A DNA stretch of 64,000 nucleotides from a virus (IMGVR_UViG_3300035490_000323:13999-77998); one strand, 5' to 3'; numbered from the stretch's first letter, positions 1 through 9,919 are shown. A program made the numbers and translations. Notes: generated by a model not told the origin, from the letters alone.

Positions 1-2
1 GG

Positions 3-1979
3 AAGGGTGCCGGGGGGCAGGAAGGCTGGGAGGACTGGGCAGGGCGGACGTCAAGCAAGGGTGCTGGGAAGTCTGCCGGGAAGCCAGGCAAGGCAGGCCT
101 CCTGTACCACGGCACCACGAAGGCCAACCTCCCGTCCATCATGTCCGAGGGTCTCAAGCCCACGGTGGGGCGCTATGCCGAGCTATGGCATGGCAGGGAC
201 CATAACGACACGAGCAAGTCCAACAACCTGGCCCCCGTGGTGTTTGCCGCCCCCAGGGAGCACCTCGACGACTGCCTGCTGGCCATCTTCGCTGCCCTCA
301 GCAAGGACTTCCCCAGGACCTCCACGGAGCAGTTCTTCGACAATGCCGTCCTCCTGGAGCTTCCCGCCGACCAGTTCACAAGGAACAGGTGGAAGCGCCC
401 GCCGAGAAATATGAAGCATGTGGAGTCGAGGGACTACTACAGCACCAGCCCTGTCAGGCCTATCCGGGCGATAACAGGGGAGGAGCTGCGGGGGTTCGCA
501 GGGTATGCCTACCAGAGCGCCCGCCAGGAGTGGTTCGGGGCATACGACCCGGAGAGCCCTGGGCGCAGGCTCGCGGCGGGGAAGGAATGGCCCCCCTGGA
601 TTGGGGTGGACCTGGACGGCACGCTCGCCGAGGAGCAGAGCCCGTTCGACCCGCTGACCATCGGCAGGCCAGTCCCGGAGATGGTGAGGAAGGTCAGGCA
701 GGCATTGGAGGACGGCGTGGAGGTACGGGTCTTCACCGCCCGGCTTGCAGACAAGGGGCTCAGGGACAGGATTAAGCAGGCCATCAGGGACTATACCAGG
801 GAGCACGTCGGCAGGGAGCTGGACAGCACCAACGAGAAGGACCCTGGCCTCAGGGAGATATGGGACGACAAGGCCAGGAGGGTGAGGAAGGACGAGGGCA
901 CCTTCGCCCTGCGGGGCACCGAGCGCCAGCCCTCCCGGGCCGACAGGTACCTGCGCGAGATGTGGAGCCCCGGCGACGGCGCTTGGTTCGAGTACCACTG
1001 CTGGGAAGACCCCAAGTCCTGCGATGCCAACCTGTGGTACCATTCGCACCAGAGGGTCACCGTGCTCGGCAAGGCGGACGCGGACGGCTGGCACAAGGGC
1101 TGGGATGGCAGCATGATGAAGGACCGTGCGGAGGCGGGTGCCCCGAGGGCGTATACGGTGAGATTCCAGGACGGGTACGAACGCACCGCCGGGGAAGACG
1201 AGCTGATGACCAGCCGGAGGGGATTCTACCGCCCCGACCCGCCAAGGCCGCCCAAGGCGTTCGCCCTGCGGGGGAGCATTATCGTCGAGGAGCCCCTCTA
1301 CCACGTCACCTTCAGGAAGAACCTGAGGAGAATCCTCAGGGAGGGGCTCCGTGGCGACCAGGAGCCTAACTGGCCCTTCGACTCGTCCCCCGGCAACGTG
1401 TACCTGATGACCAGGGACGGGCTGGACTTCTGGATGGACAGGTACGAGGACCTGCTCCGCGAGATGGGGAGCAGGTCAAAGCTGGTGGTTCTGGAGGTAT
1501 CCCCCAAGGGGCTTATGTTCCAGGAGGATATACAGGGCACCGAGGACTCGGGGACAGAGGCATACCGTACCGGCTTCGTCCCTCCGGGGAACATACATGC
1601 CAACTGGCGGAGGACTGCCTCGCTTGGCAAGGCGGCCTTCAGGAGGCGTGCCCCCCTCTACCATGTGACCTTCTCGAAGAGCGTCCCGGCCATCCTGCGG
1701 GATGGCCTGGTGCCGAAGACATACCCCAAGCTCCCCCCCAGCCAGTGGGAGAAAGGGGTATACCTTACCAGCAAGGAGGGCATACCGTTCTGGGAGAACA
1801 TCCTGCGGGATGACATGAAGTGGGGGGGGTTCCACGACCAGCTCTCCGTCCTGGAGGTCTCGCCTGAGGGGCTGGAGCTGGAGTACGACCGGCAGGGGAC
1901 AGGGGACTCTGGCGCGAAGGCGTACATTACCCCAAGGGTCCCGCCAGAGAATATCTCCGTCCTGCGGGGGCCTGTCTAG
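3..1979 (+). CDS. Multi-domain polyvalent protein, 5'-truncated by the window: three Tpt1/KptA-like ART-fold domains, a HAD-like phosphatase domain and an unknown domain
   Basis: The frame of the 141..1979 ORF is open back to nt 3 and reads ...GKAGLLYHGTTKANLPSIMSEGLKP. Two more LYHVT..L..IL..GL domains end in DxxGTxDSGxxAY...VPPxNI. HAD motif WIGVDLDGTLA...VFTAR...WDDKA at about nt 595-880. Confidence 0.75.
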   Translation, partial: KGAGGQEGWEDWAGRTSSKGAGKSAGKPGKAGLLYHGTTKANLPSIMSEGLKPTVGRYAELWHGRDHNDTSKSNNLAPVVFAAPREHLDDCLLAIFAALSKDFPRTSTEQFFDNAVLLELPADQFTRNRWKRPPRNMKHVESRDYYSTSPVRPIRAITGEELRGFAGYAYQSARQEWFGAYDPESPGRRLAAGKEWPPWIGVDLDGTLAEEQSPFDPLTIGRPVPEMVRKVRQALEDGVEVRVFTARLADKGLRDRIKQAIRDYTREHVGRELDSTNEKDPGLREIWDDKARRVRKDEGTFALRGTERQPSRADRYLREMWSPGDGAWFEYHCWEDPKSCDANLWYHSHQRVTVLGKADADGWHKGWDGSMMKDRAEAGAPRAYTVRFQDGYERTAGEDELMTSRRGFYRPDPPRPPKAFALRGSIIVEEPLYHVTFRKNLRRILREGLRGDQEPNWPFDSSPGNVYLMTRDGLDFWMDRYEDLLREMGSRSKLVVLEVSPKGLMFQEDIQGTEDSGTEAYRTGFVPPGNIHANWRRTASLGKAAFRRRAPLYHVTFSKSVPAILRDGLVPKTYPKLPPSQWEKGVYLTSKEGIPFWENILRDDMKWGGFHDQLSVLEVSPEGLELEYDRQGTGDSGAKAYITPRVPPENISVLRGPV

Positions 1980-2001
1980 CCGTTCCCTCTAATAGAGACA
2001 C

Positions 2002-5000
2002 ATGGCGATAGCGGACAAGTTCGACCTGGGCTTCGTGGGGAGGCTGATGCGCTCCCGCAACGGCACCGTTGTCGGCACGCTCGGCGACCTGCTGAAGAGC
2101 CCCAGGGCGAGGGACCTCTACAAGGAGGCCCTGGGCGTGCCCGTCATGGTCCTGGACAGGCCCGTGCAGGGGGGCAAGTTCGTGGACAGCCCCGACCCCA
2201 ACCTCAGGTTCTTCGGGGCCTGCGGCTCCCTCCGTGGCAAGGCATGCATATTCGTCAACCCCCGCTGGGGGGAGGAGGAGACCATAAGGACCCTCCTGGA
2301 GGAGGGGGCGCACGCCCTGCGCAAGCTGAAGGGCAGGCCAGCGACGAAGCAGGACATCACGGCCCTTACCTCGGAGAACATCGGGGAGATGCACGACAGC
2401 CTGCCGGAGGAGGTGTCCGCCAAGCAGATGGCGGAGTATGTCCTGAAGACAGCCGCCCAGCTTCCCTCCGTGGCCTTCCGCCAGGTGTGGCATATCGGCA
2501 GCATGGACCCCGAGGACAAGGGGAAGGATAGCCTGGAGGGGGCGGGGCTCAGCATATCCACCCACCCCGAGGAATGGCAGCAGATAGCCGAGCTGGGCGA
2601 GGGCCCGGTCTGGGAGCTTACGAGGAAGGGCAACAGGTTCCTTGACTTCCACCGCCTCACCAAGGCGCAGCTCGGTGCCATGGCCGACTGGGGGGCGCAG
2701 CAGGGCCTCATAGAGAGGCGGCCCGCCTGGCAGGTCAGGTGGTGGGACAGCGAGGACAACGGGTTCAGGTACGCGGAGACCGAGACCGAGGAGGAGGCGA
2801 AGGAGGAGGCCGGGGCGGTCGGGGGCAAGGTAAGGGCGCTCAGCAGCATAGCCTACCCGACTGACAGGCTGAGGAAGGCCACCAGGAACCCCCGTGCCAA
2901 CTCCGTGGTGGCCATGGACCTGCTGGCGACGGTCTATGCCGACAAGGCCCTGGGCTGGGACGGCGTATGGTGGCAGGATACCCTGGACGTGCCTGGCCTC
3001 AGCGCCCCGAGGGGCGTTATCCTCCCCTCCAGGCTGGCAGGGTGGCAGAGGCGGCAGGTAGGCATGGAGGGGATAGAGGACTACGGTGCCCCCGGCAGGA
3101 GGGTATCCTCGGACAGGAGGTTCATCTGGCAGGGCAGGCATGGCAAGGCCCCGCAGCCCGGCGTCCCCTATTACCATGTCGCCCCGGCCAGCTACCAGGA
3201 GGGCCAGGATATCTACTCCTACGATGCCTACCAGGACGAGTTCGGCGAGGAGCCCGAGTGGAAGTGGGAGGAGGGCCAGATTGGGGATACCGACAAGGTC
3301 TCCCTGCATGACAGCCTGGAGGAGGCAGAGGGCTTCCGGGAGGAGTGGGTCCCCGGTGGCAGGGTCATAGAGGTCGTGTTCCCCTCCCCGCTGGGGCAGC
3401 TAGGCCTGTCCGGAGGGGTGAACGGCGAGGGGTACCCGTTCGTCCGCCATCGTATACCAGGGGGGTTCGTCAGGAAGGTCAGCAGTGGCCGGAAAACACT
3501 GGAGGAGCTTGCCCTGGAGTTCCGTGAGAGGCAGGAGGACTGGTTCGAGTGGCAGGATGACAAGGCGTGCTTCCGGGAACAGTGCCTTGGCATAGCCAGG
3601 GGCCTGGCCAAGTTCCTGACGGAGAACGGCATCCCTGCCGAGCCTTGGCACAGTTACTATTATGACGATGACGGGAAGCCCCATAACCACTGGTGGGTCA
3701 TAGCCGGGGGCAGGGTGGTGGATGTAACGGCCGACCAGTTCCATCCCGAGGACCCCGACAGCTACCGGGTGGTCATAACAAGCCTGGATGACCCTCACTA
3801 CAGGCAGAGGAAGGCCAGGCAGGCCGGGACAGAGTCCTCCCCCCAGTCCGTTCCCGCCATGCAGGGGTGGGGCTATGACGAGCCGTTCCCTGACAGGCAC
3901 TCGGACTTCTTCGAGCTGGTGGAGAACCCCCACACGGACAGGGGCAGGGAGACCAGGGTGCTGGAGACCGGGGCACCGCCGCCCGAGGGCGGCGAGGGCA
4001 AGCCTGCCAGGGGAGAGCCTGGCCAGGAGGGCACGCTGGTCAGGCCGATGGCGTCCTTCAGGAGCGCCCTCCTGCGCAAGAAGGCATACAGTATCCTGGC
4101 GGTGTTCTGGGTCAAGCTCCAGGGGCGCATCCTGCTGTTCCCCAACAGGTTCCTCAACCATGACCAGATTCTACAGGAGACAGGCATCCCTGCGGGCGGC
4201 CCGGAGTACGACAGGATGCTGCGGGGCAGGGTGTTCATAGACCGGGAGAGGCGGCGGGTGAGGTTCACCCGGCACGGTGGGGGCTATACCCCCAACGATG
4301 TGGTGGAGGAGATTGTCAGCCGCTACCACCTCCAGGACTGGGAGATGGAGGACGAGGGCGAGGCCATGGGCAGGTACGGCTCTGTCCAGGGCGGGCCCGT
4401 GGTCGAGAGGCTCGGCCGTGAGGACATCCCCGAGGCCCTGGAGGTCATCGCCCAGTGCTTCCCCCAGTACGCGGACATCGCCGACGTGGTCTCCAGGGAC
4501 GTCCGGGGGGACTTCAGCCTCTCCTATGGGATGAGGCTGGAGGGCAGGATTATAGGCTGCTACCTCCTGGGCCGCGTGCAGCTACCCGAGGAGTACCCCG
4601 GCCGCCCCGAGGCACAGGCATACGCAGGTAAGAGGGGCGTGCGGGGGGTGTGCCTGTGCCTGCTGCCCCAGTACCGTGGCAAGGGGTGGGGGGCAAGGCT
4701 TCGGGCCGTCCCGCTCTCCCTGGGGGCGGACTATGTCTGGGGCGAGCATTACAGCAGCCTGGACAACCTCGGCAAGTGGACGAGCTTCGGACGCAGGCTG
4801 CTGTTCGACACGAAGGATGCCAAGGGGCAGCCCTACCATGTTACCGTCATGGACCTGAGGGGGGGGCCGCCGAAGGCCGCCTCCTCCAGGGACCCCTACC
4901 TCTACCATGTAGCGCAGCCGGGCACCCTCGGGAACATAGCGAGGGACGGGCTCCAGGGCGGCATACTGGGCCCGAAGGTGTTCCTTACCGAGAGGGCCGG

Positions 5001-8000
5001 GGTCGGCTTCTGGCGGGGGTACGATGCGTCCGCCCCCGTCCTTCGCATGCGGCGGGACCTGCTGGAGGACCTGGAGCCGGACGACTACGGGACACAGGAC
5101 TCCGGGTCCCCCTGCTACAGCGCCCAGCCCGTGCCCCCCGCCCGCCTGGAGTTCCGGGTGGACACCCCCCAGGGCGAGGCCTGGAGGCCCGTAAGGTACG
5201 CGCTCGCCAAGGCCGCCTCCCAGGGCATACCCTCCTTCAGGGGCCTCGTGCGGGAGCTTGGGGGCATGAAGTACCTCCTGTCCGAGGTCGATATCGACGA
5301 GTTCGACCTGGAGGGGTCGGGGAAGAAGCCCGAGGAGTACATCAGGGGCAAGTTCAACGAGGTGAGGTCGTTCTTCGCCGGGCTCAGGTACCCCATACCT
5401 GTCTACCGGGCAATAAGCGGGGACCGCAGCGAGCTGAGGACAAAGGGCTTCGGCACCTCGTGGTCGATGAGCGAGGGAGGGATGGGGGAGCAGGGGGCAT
5501 ACCCCTACGAGGGGAACCCGTCCAGCTACCAGGTCTACTCCTCCCACGTGTCGCCCAGGGACATAAACTGGACCAGCACCCTCCTGCTGGCCATGGGGAG
5601 ATGGTGGGACAGGGAGAAGGAGATAGTGGTGCGCAACGGGGCACGGCTCAGGGTCGGCGACGATGACGGCAGGATGTTCGAGGTGACGGCGTCCTTCGGG
5701 AAGACCGCCCTCAATGTCCCCAAGCTGGTCCAGGACTTCGGCGCGAAGCTCGTGGAGAGGTACAAGGCCGACTTCCCGGACGACACAAGGGAAATCGACC
5801 CGGCGGCCCTAATCAACTCCCTTGTCCCGCTCGACCCTACCGGCAACCATGAGTACGTGTCATGGATAGTGGGCAACTATGCCCGTGGGGAGCTTGGCGA
5901 GTACGATGATATCGAGGCCACCGTCATCCCGCTCATCGAGCGCTACCATGCCCTGAAGAAGACCAGGAACCTACAGCCCCAGGACACGAACATCCAGAGG
6001 CTACGCGGGAAGGCCGCCCTGGAGGCACTGCTGGCAAGGTACGCCGAGGTAGAGGCGGAGTCGAGGCGGCAGAGGGCCGTCAGCAGGGAGCAGGCGTTCT
6101 TCAGGAAGGGGGAGGCCGAGCTGGTGCATGACGACCCGGAGATGAAGGTCGTCATCCCCGAGACCTGCGAGGCGGCCAAGTTCTTCGGCGTCAACACGAG
6201 GTGGTGTACGTCGGCCGAGAGCAACAACGCCTTCCAGCAGTACCACGAGGAGGGGCCGCTCTACATCGTCCTGCTCAAGAGGGAGAACAAGAGGTTCCAG
6301 TTCCACTTCCAGACGGCGCAGTTCACGGACGAGGCGGACAGGCCGCTCGACATCGAGGAGTGGCTGGTGGAGCACCCCATGGTGGCCAGGCTGCTCGGGC
6401 CCCTGGCCGAGAAGGCCGATTCCGAGTGCGACGAGTGCGCTGGCCATGGGAGCAGCAGGTGCGGGGAGTGCGACGGCGAGGGGGCCGTGGAGTGCGTGGA
6501 GTGCGGCGGCAGCGGGCACGAGCGCTGCAACGACTGCCAGGGGAGGGGAAGGGTCCCCTGCGGCACATGCAACGGCGTAGGCATGGCGGGCGGGGGGGAG
6601 TGCCCGGCGTGCCACGGCGACCAGTACGAGCAGTGCGGCTCCTGCCATGGGACGGGCAACAAGAAGTGCGAGGAGTGCGACGGGCGAGGGTCCCATGCAT
6701 GCGGGAGCTGCGAGAACGGGAGCATAACGTGCGACAAGTGCGGGGGCACGGGCAAGAACCCCGAGATGAACCAGTTCCTCGAAGGGTGCCAGAGGGCCCT
6801 CGCAGGGCCGCTGTCCGTCCCTGCCCTCCGCAACCTCAGGAAGAAGAAGTGGCCAGCGCTGAAGAAGAGGGTCAAGGACTGGATAGAGCCCAGGAGGACC
6901 CCCGTACACGTCGGCCCCAGGGGCATGGCGTTCCTGCAATGGCTGGAGGGGGTGAAGAGGAGGCTCAAGGGCAAGAGGGGCAGCAAGACGGCAGCGGAGG
7001 GGAGGTGCCAGCACTGCGGGGGCAGCCGCATAGGCATGGCCCTGCACTCTCCCAGCGCTGACACCTACTGGTGCATGGACTGCAACAGGAACACCGACGT
7101 CAGGCGGGAGGGGGTAAGCTGGAGCCTGCGGGACGCTGTATCGAGGTGGGGCGGCAAGACGGCGGCCGGCGAGTGGTGGAGGAGGTGGAGGAAGACCGAG
7201 GTTCTCCCCAAGGGCACGGTCCTCTACCATGGGACGGCACAGGAGTTCCCAGGCATGGACCTTAGCCTGCCTGCCTGGTTCAGCACCTCCAGGTCGGTGG
7301 CGGAGCACTTCCAGTCATGGCACGGGGAGGACGAGGGGAAGCACCGCCTCCTGATGTTCAGGGCGACCAGGCCCATCCGCCTGCCCCGCATAGATGGCAG
7401 GGAGGACCTGGAGAGGATGGAGGACATGTTCGGCCTCCAGACCTCCTACGGGGCCGAGGACATAGTGGACAGCCTCTCCCAGAGCGGGCTGCCCGGCTGG
7501 GTTATCCCCCATAACTACCCGGACGGGGACGACATCCTGCTGGCGGAGACGGACAGCATCGAGTTCACGGGGCAGGAGCCCGAGGCCGCGGACGAGGAGA
7601 GCGGGGAGACGGACGAGTTCGGCCACAGCCTGGAGCTGCCCGGCAAGTGGACGAGGAACGGGGACGGCAACTGGGTCTACCATATGACCCCCGAGGAGAT
7701 AGCCGAGCGGGAGCGCATCGTGGGGAAGAAGGGTGCAGAGGCTAGTGAGGACCCCCCTGTCACCAAGGAGCTGCTCACCACCCGCAACCCCAAGGCGATG
7801 AGGCCCTACCGCCCCAGCCTGGTCACCACCGAGGGCAACCCCAAGATGGAGAAGGGCCTGTCCAGGGGATACCTCACGGGCGTCATGCACCTCATGCCGG
7901 CCGACAAGAGCGGGTACGGGAACGTCTGCCCCTTCAGCTCGGCGGAGTGCCGCCATCACTGCCTGAACACGGCCGGCAACTGGGTGCCGCACAAGCTCCA

Positions 8001-8436
8001 GTCCCGCATCTACAAGACCAAGCTATACTTCACGGACCGCAAGAGGTTCCTGGAGGAGCTGAGGAGGAGCATCGCCAGGCTGGCCAGGAAGGCGGAGGAG
8101 CAGGGGCTCCTGCCCGCCGTGCGCCTGAACGGCACCAGCGACATCCCCAGCCTCGGCCTGATGATGTCCAGGGAGTTCCCGGACATTACCTTCTATGACT
8201 ATACCCGCATACCCAAGCCCTGGCAGAGGATGAGGGGGAACTACCACCTTACCTTCTCCCGCTCTGGAGATGATGATAAGGAAGTAGAGGAGGCCTTGGA
8301 CCATGGGGTTAGCGTAGCCGTGGTCTTCGATACCAAGCCCAATCTTCCGTTACCAGGGGAATGGCCTAAGGGCAAAAGGCAAGGCAAGAGGGAAGGGGAC
8401 AGAGACCGGTTTTGTGCTAAAGAACCCCCTGCTTAA
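2002..8436 (+). CDS. 2144-aa polyvalent protein: degenerate zincin-like, several ART-like, papain/transglutaminase-like, GNAT, PcfJ-like, DnaJ-type Zn-finger, Zn-ribbon and C-terminal GP88-like domains
   Basis: Motifs in order: EEGAH; WHIG..LSISTHP; YYHVAP; C..IA..L...HxW...VDVTADQF; LLPQYRGKGWG; LYHVA...DDYGTQDSG...VPP; YRAI...TSWS...EKEIV; NTRWCTS..GPLYI; repeated CxxCxGxG; LYHGT..AWFST; NVCP...C...CLNTAG...RLNGTSDI...FYDYT...NYHLTFS. Confidence 0.8.
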   Translation: MAIADKFDLGFVGRLMRSRNGTVVGTLGDLLKSPRARDLYKEALGVPVMVLDRPVQGGKFVDSPDPNLRFFGACGSLRGKACIFVNPRWGEEETIRTLLEEGAHALRKLKGRPATKQDITALTSENIGEMHDSLPEEVSAKQMAEYVLKTAAQLPSVAFRQVWHIGSMDPEDKGKDSLEGAGLSISTHPEEWQQIAELGEGPVWELTRKGNRFLDFHRLTKAQLGAMADWGAQQGLIERRPAWQVRWWDSEDNGFRYAETETEEEAKEEAGAVGGKVRALSSIAYPTDRLRKATRNPRANSVVAMDLLATVYADKALGWDGVWWQDTLDVPGLSAPRGVILPSRLAGWQRRQVGMEGIEDYGAPGRRVSSDRRFIWQGRHGKAPQPGVPYYHVAPASYQEGQDIYSYDAYQDEFGEEPEWKWEEGQIGDTDKVSLHDSLEEAEGFREEWVPGGRVIEVVFPSPLGQLGLSGGVNGEGYPFVRHRIPGGFVRKVSSGRKTLEELALEFRERQEDWFEWQDDKACFREQCLGIARGLAKFLTENGIPAEPWHSYYYDDDGKPHNHWWVIAGGRVVDVTADQFHPEDPDSYRVVITSLDDPHYRQRKARQAGTESSPQSVPAMQGWGYDEPFPDRHSDFFELVENPHTDRGRETRVLETGAPPPEGGEGKPARGEPGQEGTLVRPMASFRSALLRKKAYSILAVFWVKLQGRILLFPNRFLNHDQILQETGIPAGGPEYDRMLRGRVFIDRERRRVRFTRHGGGYTPNDVVEEIVSRYHLQDWEMEDEGEAMGRYGSVQGGPVVERLGREDIPEALEVIAQCFPQYADIADVVSRDVRGDFSLSYGMRLEGRIIGCYLLGRVQLPEEYPGRPEAQAYAGKRGVRGVCLCLLPQYRGKGWGARLRAVPLSLGADYVWGEHYSSLDNLGKWTSFGRRLLFDTKDAKGQPYHVTVMDLRGGPPKAASSRDPYLYHVAQPGTLGNIARDGLQGGILGPKVFLTERAGVGFWRGYDASAPVLRMRRDLLEDLEPDDYGTQDSGSPCYSAQPVPPARLEFRVDTPQGEAWRPVRYALAKAASQGIPSFRGLVRELGGMKYLLSEVDIDEFDLEGSGKKPEEYIRGKFNEVRSFFAGLRYPIPVYRAISGDRSELRTKGFGTSWSMSEGGMGEQGAYPYEGNPSSYQVYSSHVSPRDINWTSTLLLAMGRWWDREKEIVVRNGARLRVGDDDGRMFEVTASFGKTALNVPKLVQDFGAKLVERYKADFPDDTREIDPAALINSLVPLDPTGNHEYVSWIVGNYARGELGEYDDIEATVIPLIERYHALKKTRNLQPQDTNIQRLRGKAALEALLARYAEVEAESRRQRAVSREQAFFRKGEAELVHDDPEMKVVIPETCEAAKFFGVNTRWCTSAESNNAFQQYHEEGPLYIVLLKRENKRFQFHFQTAQFTDEADRPLDIEEWLVEHPMVARLLGPLAEKADSECDECAGHGSSRCGECDGEGAVECVECGGSGHERCNDCQGRGRVPCGTCNGVGMAGGGECPACHGDQYEQCGSCHGTGNKKCEECDGRGSHACGSCENGSITCDKCGGTGKNPEMNQFLEGCQRALAGPLSVPALRNLRKKKWPALKKRVKDWIEPRRTPVHVGPRGMAFLQWLEGVKRRLKGKRGSKTAAEGRCQHCGGSRIGMALHSPSADTYWCMDCNRNTDVRREGVSWSLRDAVSRWGGKTAAGEWWRRWRKTEVLPKGTVLYHGTAQEFPGMDLSLPAWFSTSRSVAEHFQSWHGEDEGKHRLLMFRATRPIRLPRIDGREDLERMEDMFGLQTSYGAEDIVDSLSQSGLPGWVIPHNYPDGDDILLAETDSIEFTGQEPEAADEESGETDEFGHSLELPGKWTRNGDGNWVYHMTPEEIAERERIVGKKGAEASEDPPVTKELLTTRNPKAMRPYRPSLVTTEGNPKMEKGLSRGYLTGVMHLMPADKSGYGNVCPFSSAECRHHCLNTAGNWVPHKLQSRIYKTKLYFTDRKRFLEELRRSIARLARKAEEQGLLPAVRLNGTSDIPSLGLMMSREFPDITFYDYTRIPKPWQRMRGNYHLTFSRSGDDDKEVEEALDHGVSVAVVFDTKPNLPLPGEWPKGKRQGKREGDRDRFCAKEPPA

Positions 8437-8438
8437 CC

Positions 8439-8834
8439 CTAGGCAAGGTGCCTATGTGCCAGTGCTTCTAGCATCCTCTCAAAGTCCCCGTCAGGAAACG
8501 CCCCCCGTGCCCGGTTGTATATCCAGCATGTAAGTCTTACATTTTCCGGGGAATAATCCCCTGTCTGGGATATGCGGTCTAAGGAAGGGCTGAACGAGTT
8601 GCTCCTGCTTCCCTTCCCCCCGTTTATATGGAGTTCCAGGGGTATCCCAGTTACCTCGCATACGCCTTTCTTGAGCTTCTCCTCAATCCAGGCCTGGGTG
8701 ATAGAGCACTTCACCTTTGCCTTTGCCGCCCGCTTTCTGGCATTGCAAAGAAGGAAGGATGCACGCCCATTTGTGGTCGTATAGTATTTGGAGAACTTCT
8801 TGTAGTTTAAGACCCTTTGCTTTTCTGTCGGCAT
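8439..8834 (-). CDS. HNH-like endonuclease (free-standing)
   Basis: CEVTG...SPSLDRI...YSPENVRLTCWIYN motif; more AT-rich than its neighbours. Confidence 0.75.
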   Translation of the reverse strand: MPTEKQRVLNYKKFSKYYTTTNGRASFLLCNARKRAAKAKVKCSITQAWIEEKLKKGVCEVTGIPLELHINGGKGSRSNSFSPSLDRISQTGDYSPENVRLTCWIYNRARGAFPDGDFERMLEALAHRHLA

Positions 8835-8869
8835 ATCTACCCCCTATTAGGAGATAGATAGTTTAGAGA

Positions 8870-9919
8870 CTATACCTTCCTCCGGTACCCCCCCATGCAC
8901 ACGAGCTGCACGGCGTCCGGGTTGACGGCGAAGCCAGCCTTCTCAGTGAGGGTAAAGCCCATATGGTCAGGAGGATAGTCGGCTGACAGCACGCTCATCC
9001 TCGCCTCGTCGGCCACGTACCCCGCGTGGACTGCATCGTCTACCCCGTCCACGGCCCTCGTGGCCCTGGTATGCCCGGTGACGTACATCCACCCCTGGGG
9101 CACAGACCGGCTCTGGTAGAACGCGGTACCGTCAATATACCCCAGCAGCCCCGTCTTGAGCGTTACCCTGTCGTGGTTGCGGTAGAGCCTGTCGTCCCTC
9201 AGCCCCAGCAGCTCCGTGGCATCGTGCGGGTGGGCGAAGATGTACTGGGCCTCCTTGACGCCCCGCCCCGAGAGCCTCTCCCTTGCCTCCTCCAGGAAGG
9301 AGGGGCTGAACGGGACGATGTCCCTGGCCACAGAGTCCATCAGGGAGAACATCCACATGTCCTCGGCATCGGTCACCTCCCCCTTTGCCAGGTTGAGGCA
9401 GCGTGCGACCAGGTCGAACCGGCGCTCTGTCACGTGCGAGGCGGGGAACCCGACCTCCGATGTAATCTCGAAGGCCGGGATGTCAGTGCCGTCCCCCGTG
9501 CTGCGGAGCTTGTCGTAATGCACGCCGTTATAGAGGGGCAGGACGCTGTGCAGGCCCAGGCGGCCAAGGCTGGAGACGTGGCTCCCGTCCACCACGCAGA
9601 AGGCCTTGCGGACCAGGCTCTTGTAGTCCCTGCGGCGTCTCAGGGACGGTCCCATGGCCTCCGCCAGCCTCCGGCGGCCATCGGCGTTCTTGAGGAAGCT
9701 GTAGATAAGGTCCTCCTGCTCGGGGGTCGTATGGGGGATGCCCCCAAGGTATACCTGCTCCCTGTCAAGCCAGAAGACGTCCCCCTGGGCAGTATCCCCC
9801 GTATCCTCCTGGGCAAGCGCCACGGCCAGGCTGCTGGCCCTAAGCTGCCGTGCCCCTAGCAGTGCTGCCGTCCCCCCCAGCAGCGACCGGAAGAACCCCC
9901 TGCGCACCATCGTCCCCAT
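8870..9919 (-). CDS. Divergent major capsid protein paralog (HK97-like) with N-terminal twin-arginine-like signal
   Basis: GRRRLAEAMGPSLRRRRDY, FEI...ERRFDLV..AKGEV..AED, LKTGL...SRSVP and VLSAD..GF..E match, from memory, the major capsid protein of large phages. The N-terminus reads MVRRGFFRSLLGGTAALLG. Confidence 0.7.
   Translation of the reverse strand: MGTMVRRGFFRSLLGGTAALLGARQLRASSLAVALAQEDTGDTAQGDVFWLDREQVYLGGIPHTTPEQEDLIYSFLKNADGRRRLAEAMGPSLRRRRDYKSLVRKAFCVVDGSHVSSLGRLGLHSVLPLYNGVHYDKLRSTGDGTDIPAFEITSEVGFPASHVTERRFDLVARCLNLAKGEVTDAEDMWMFSLMDSVARDIVPFSPSFLEEARERLSGRGVKEAQYIFAHPHDATELLGLRDDRLYRNHDRVTLKTGLLGYIDGTAFYQSRSVPQGWMYVTGHTRATRAVDGVDDAVHAGYVADEARMSVLSADYPPDHMGFTLTEKAGFAVNPDAVQLVCMGGYRRKV

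Noticed and set aside
6425-6755. DnaJ chaperone
   Set aside because: Only CxxCxGxG repeats are present, with no HPD-containing J-domain.
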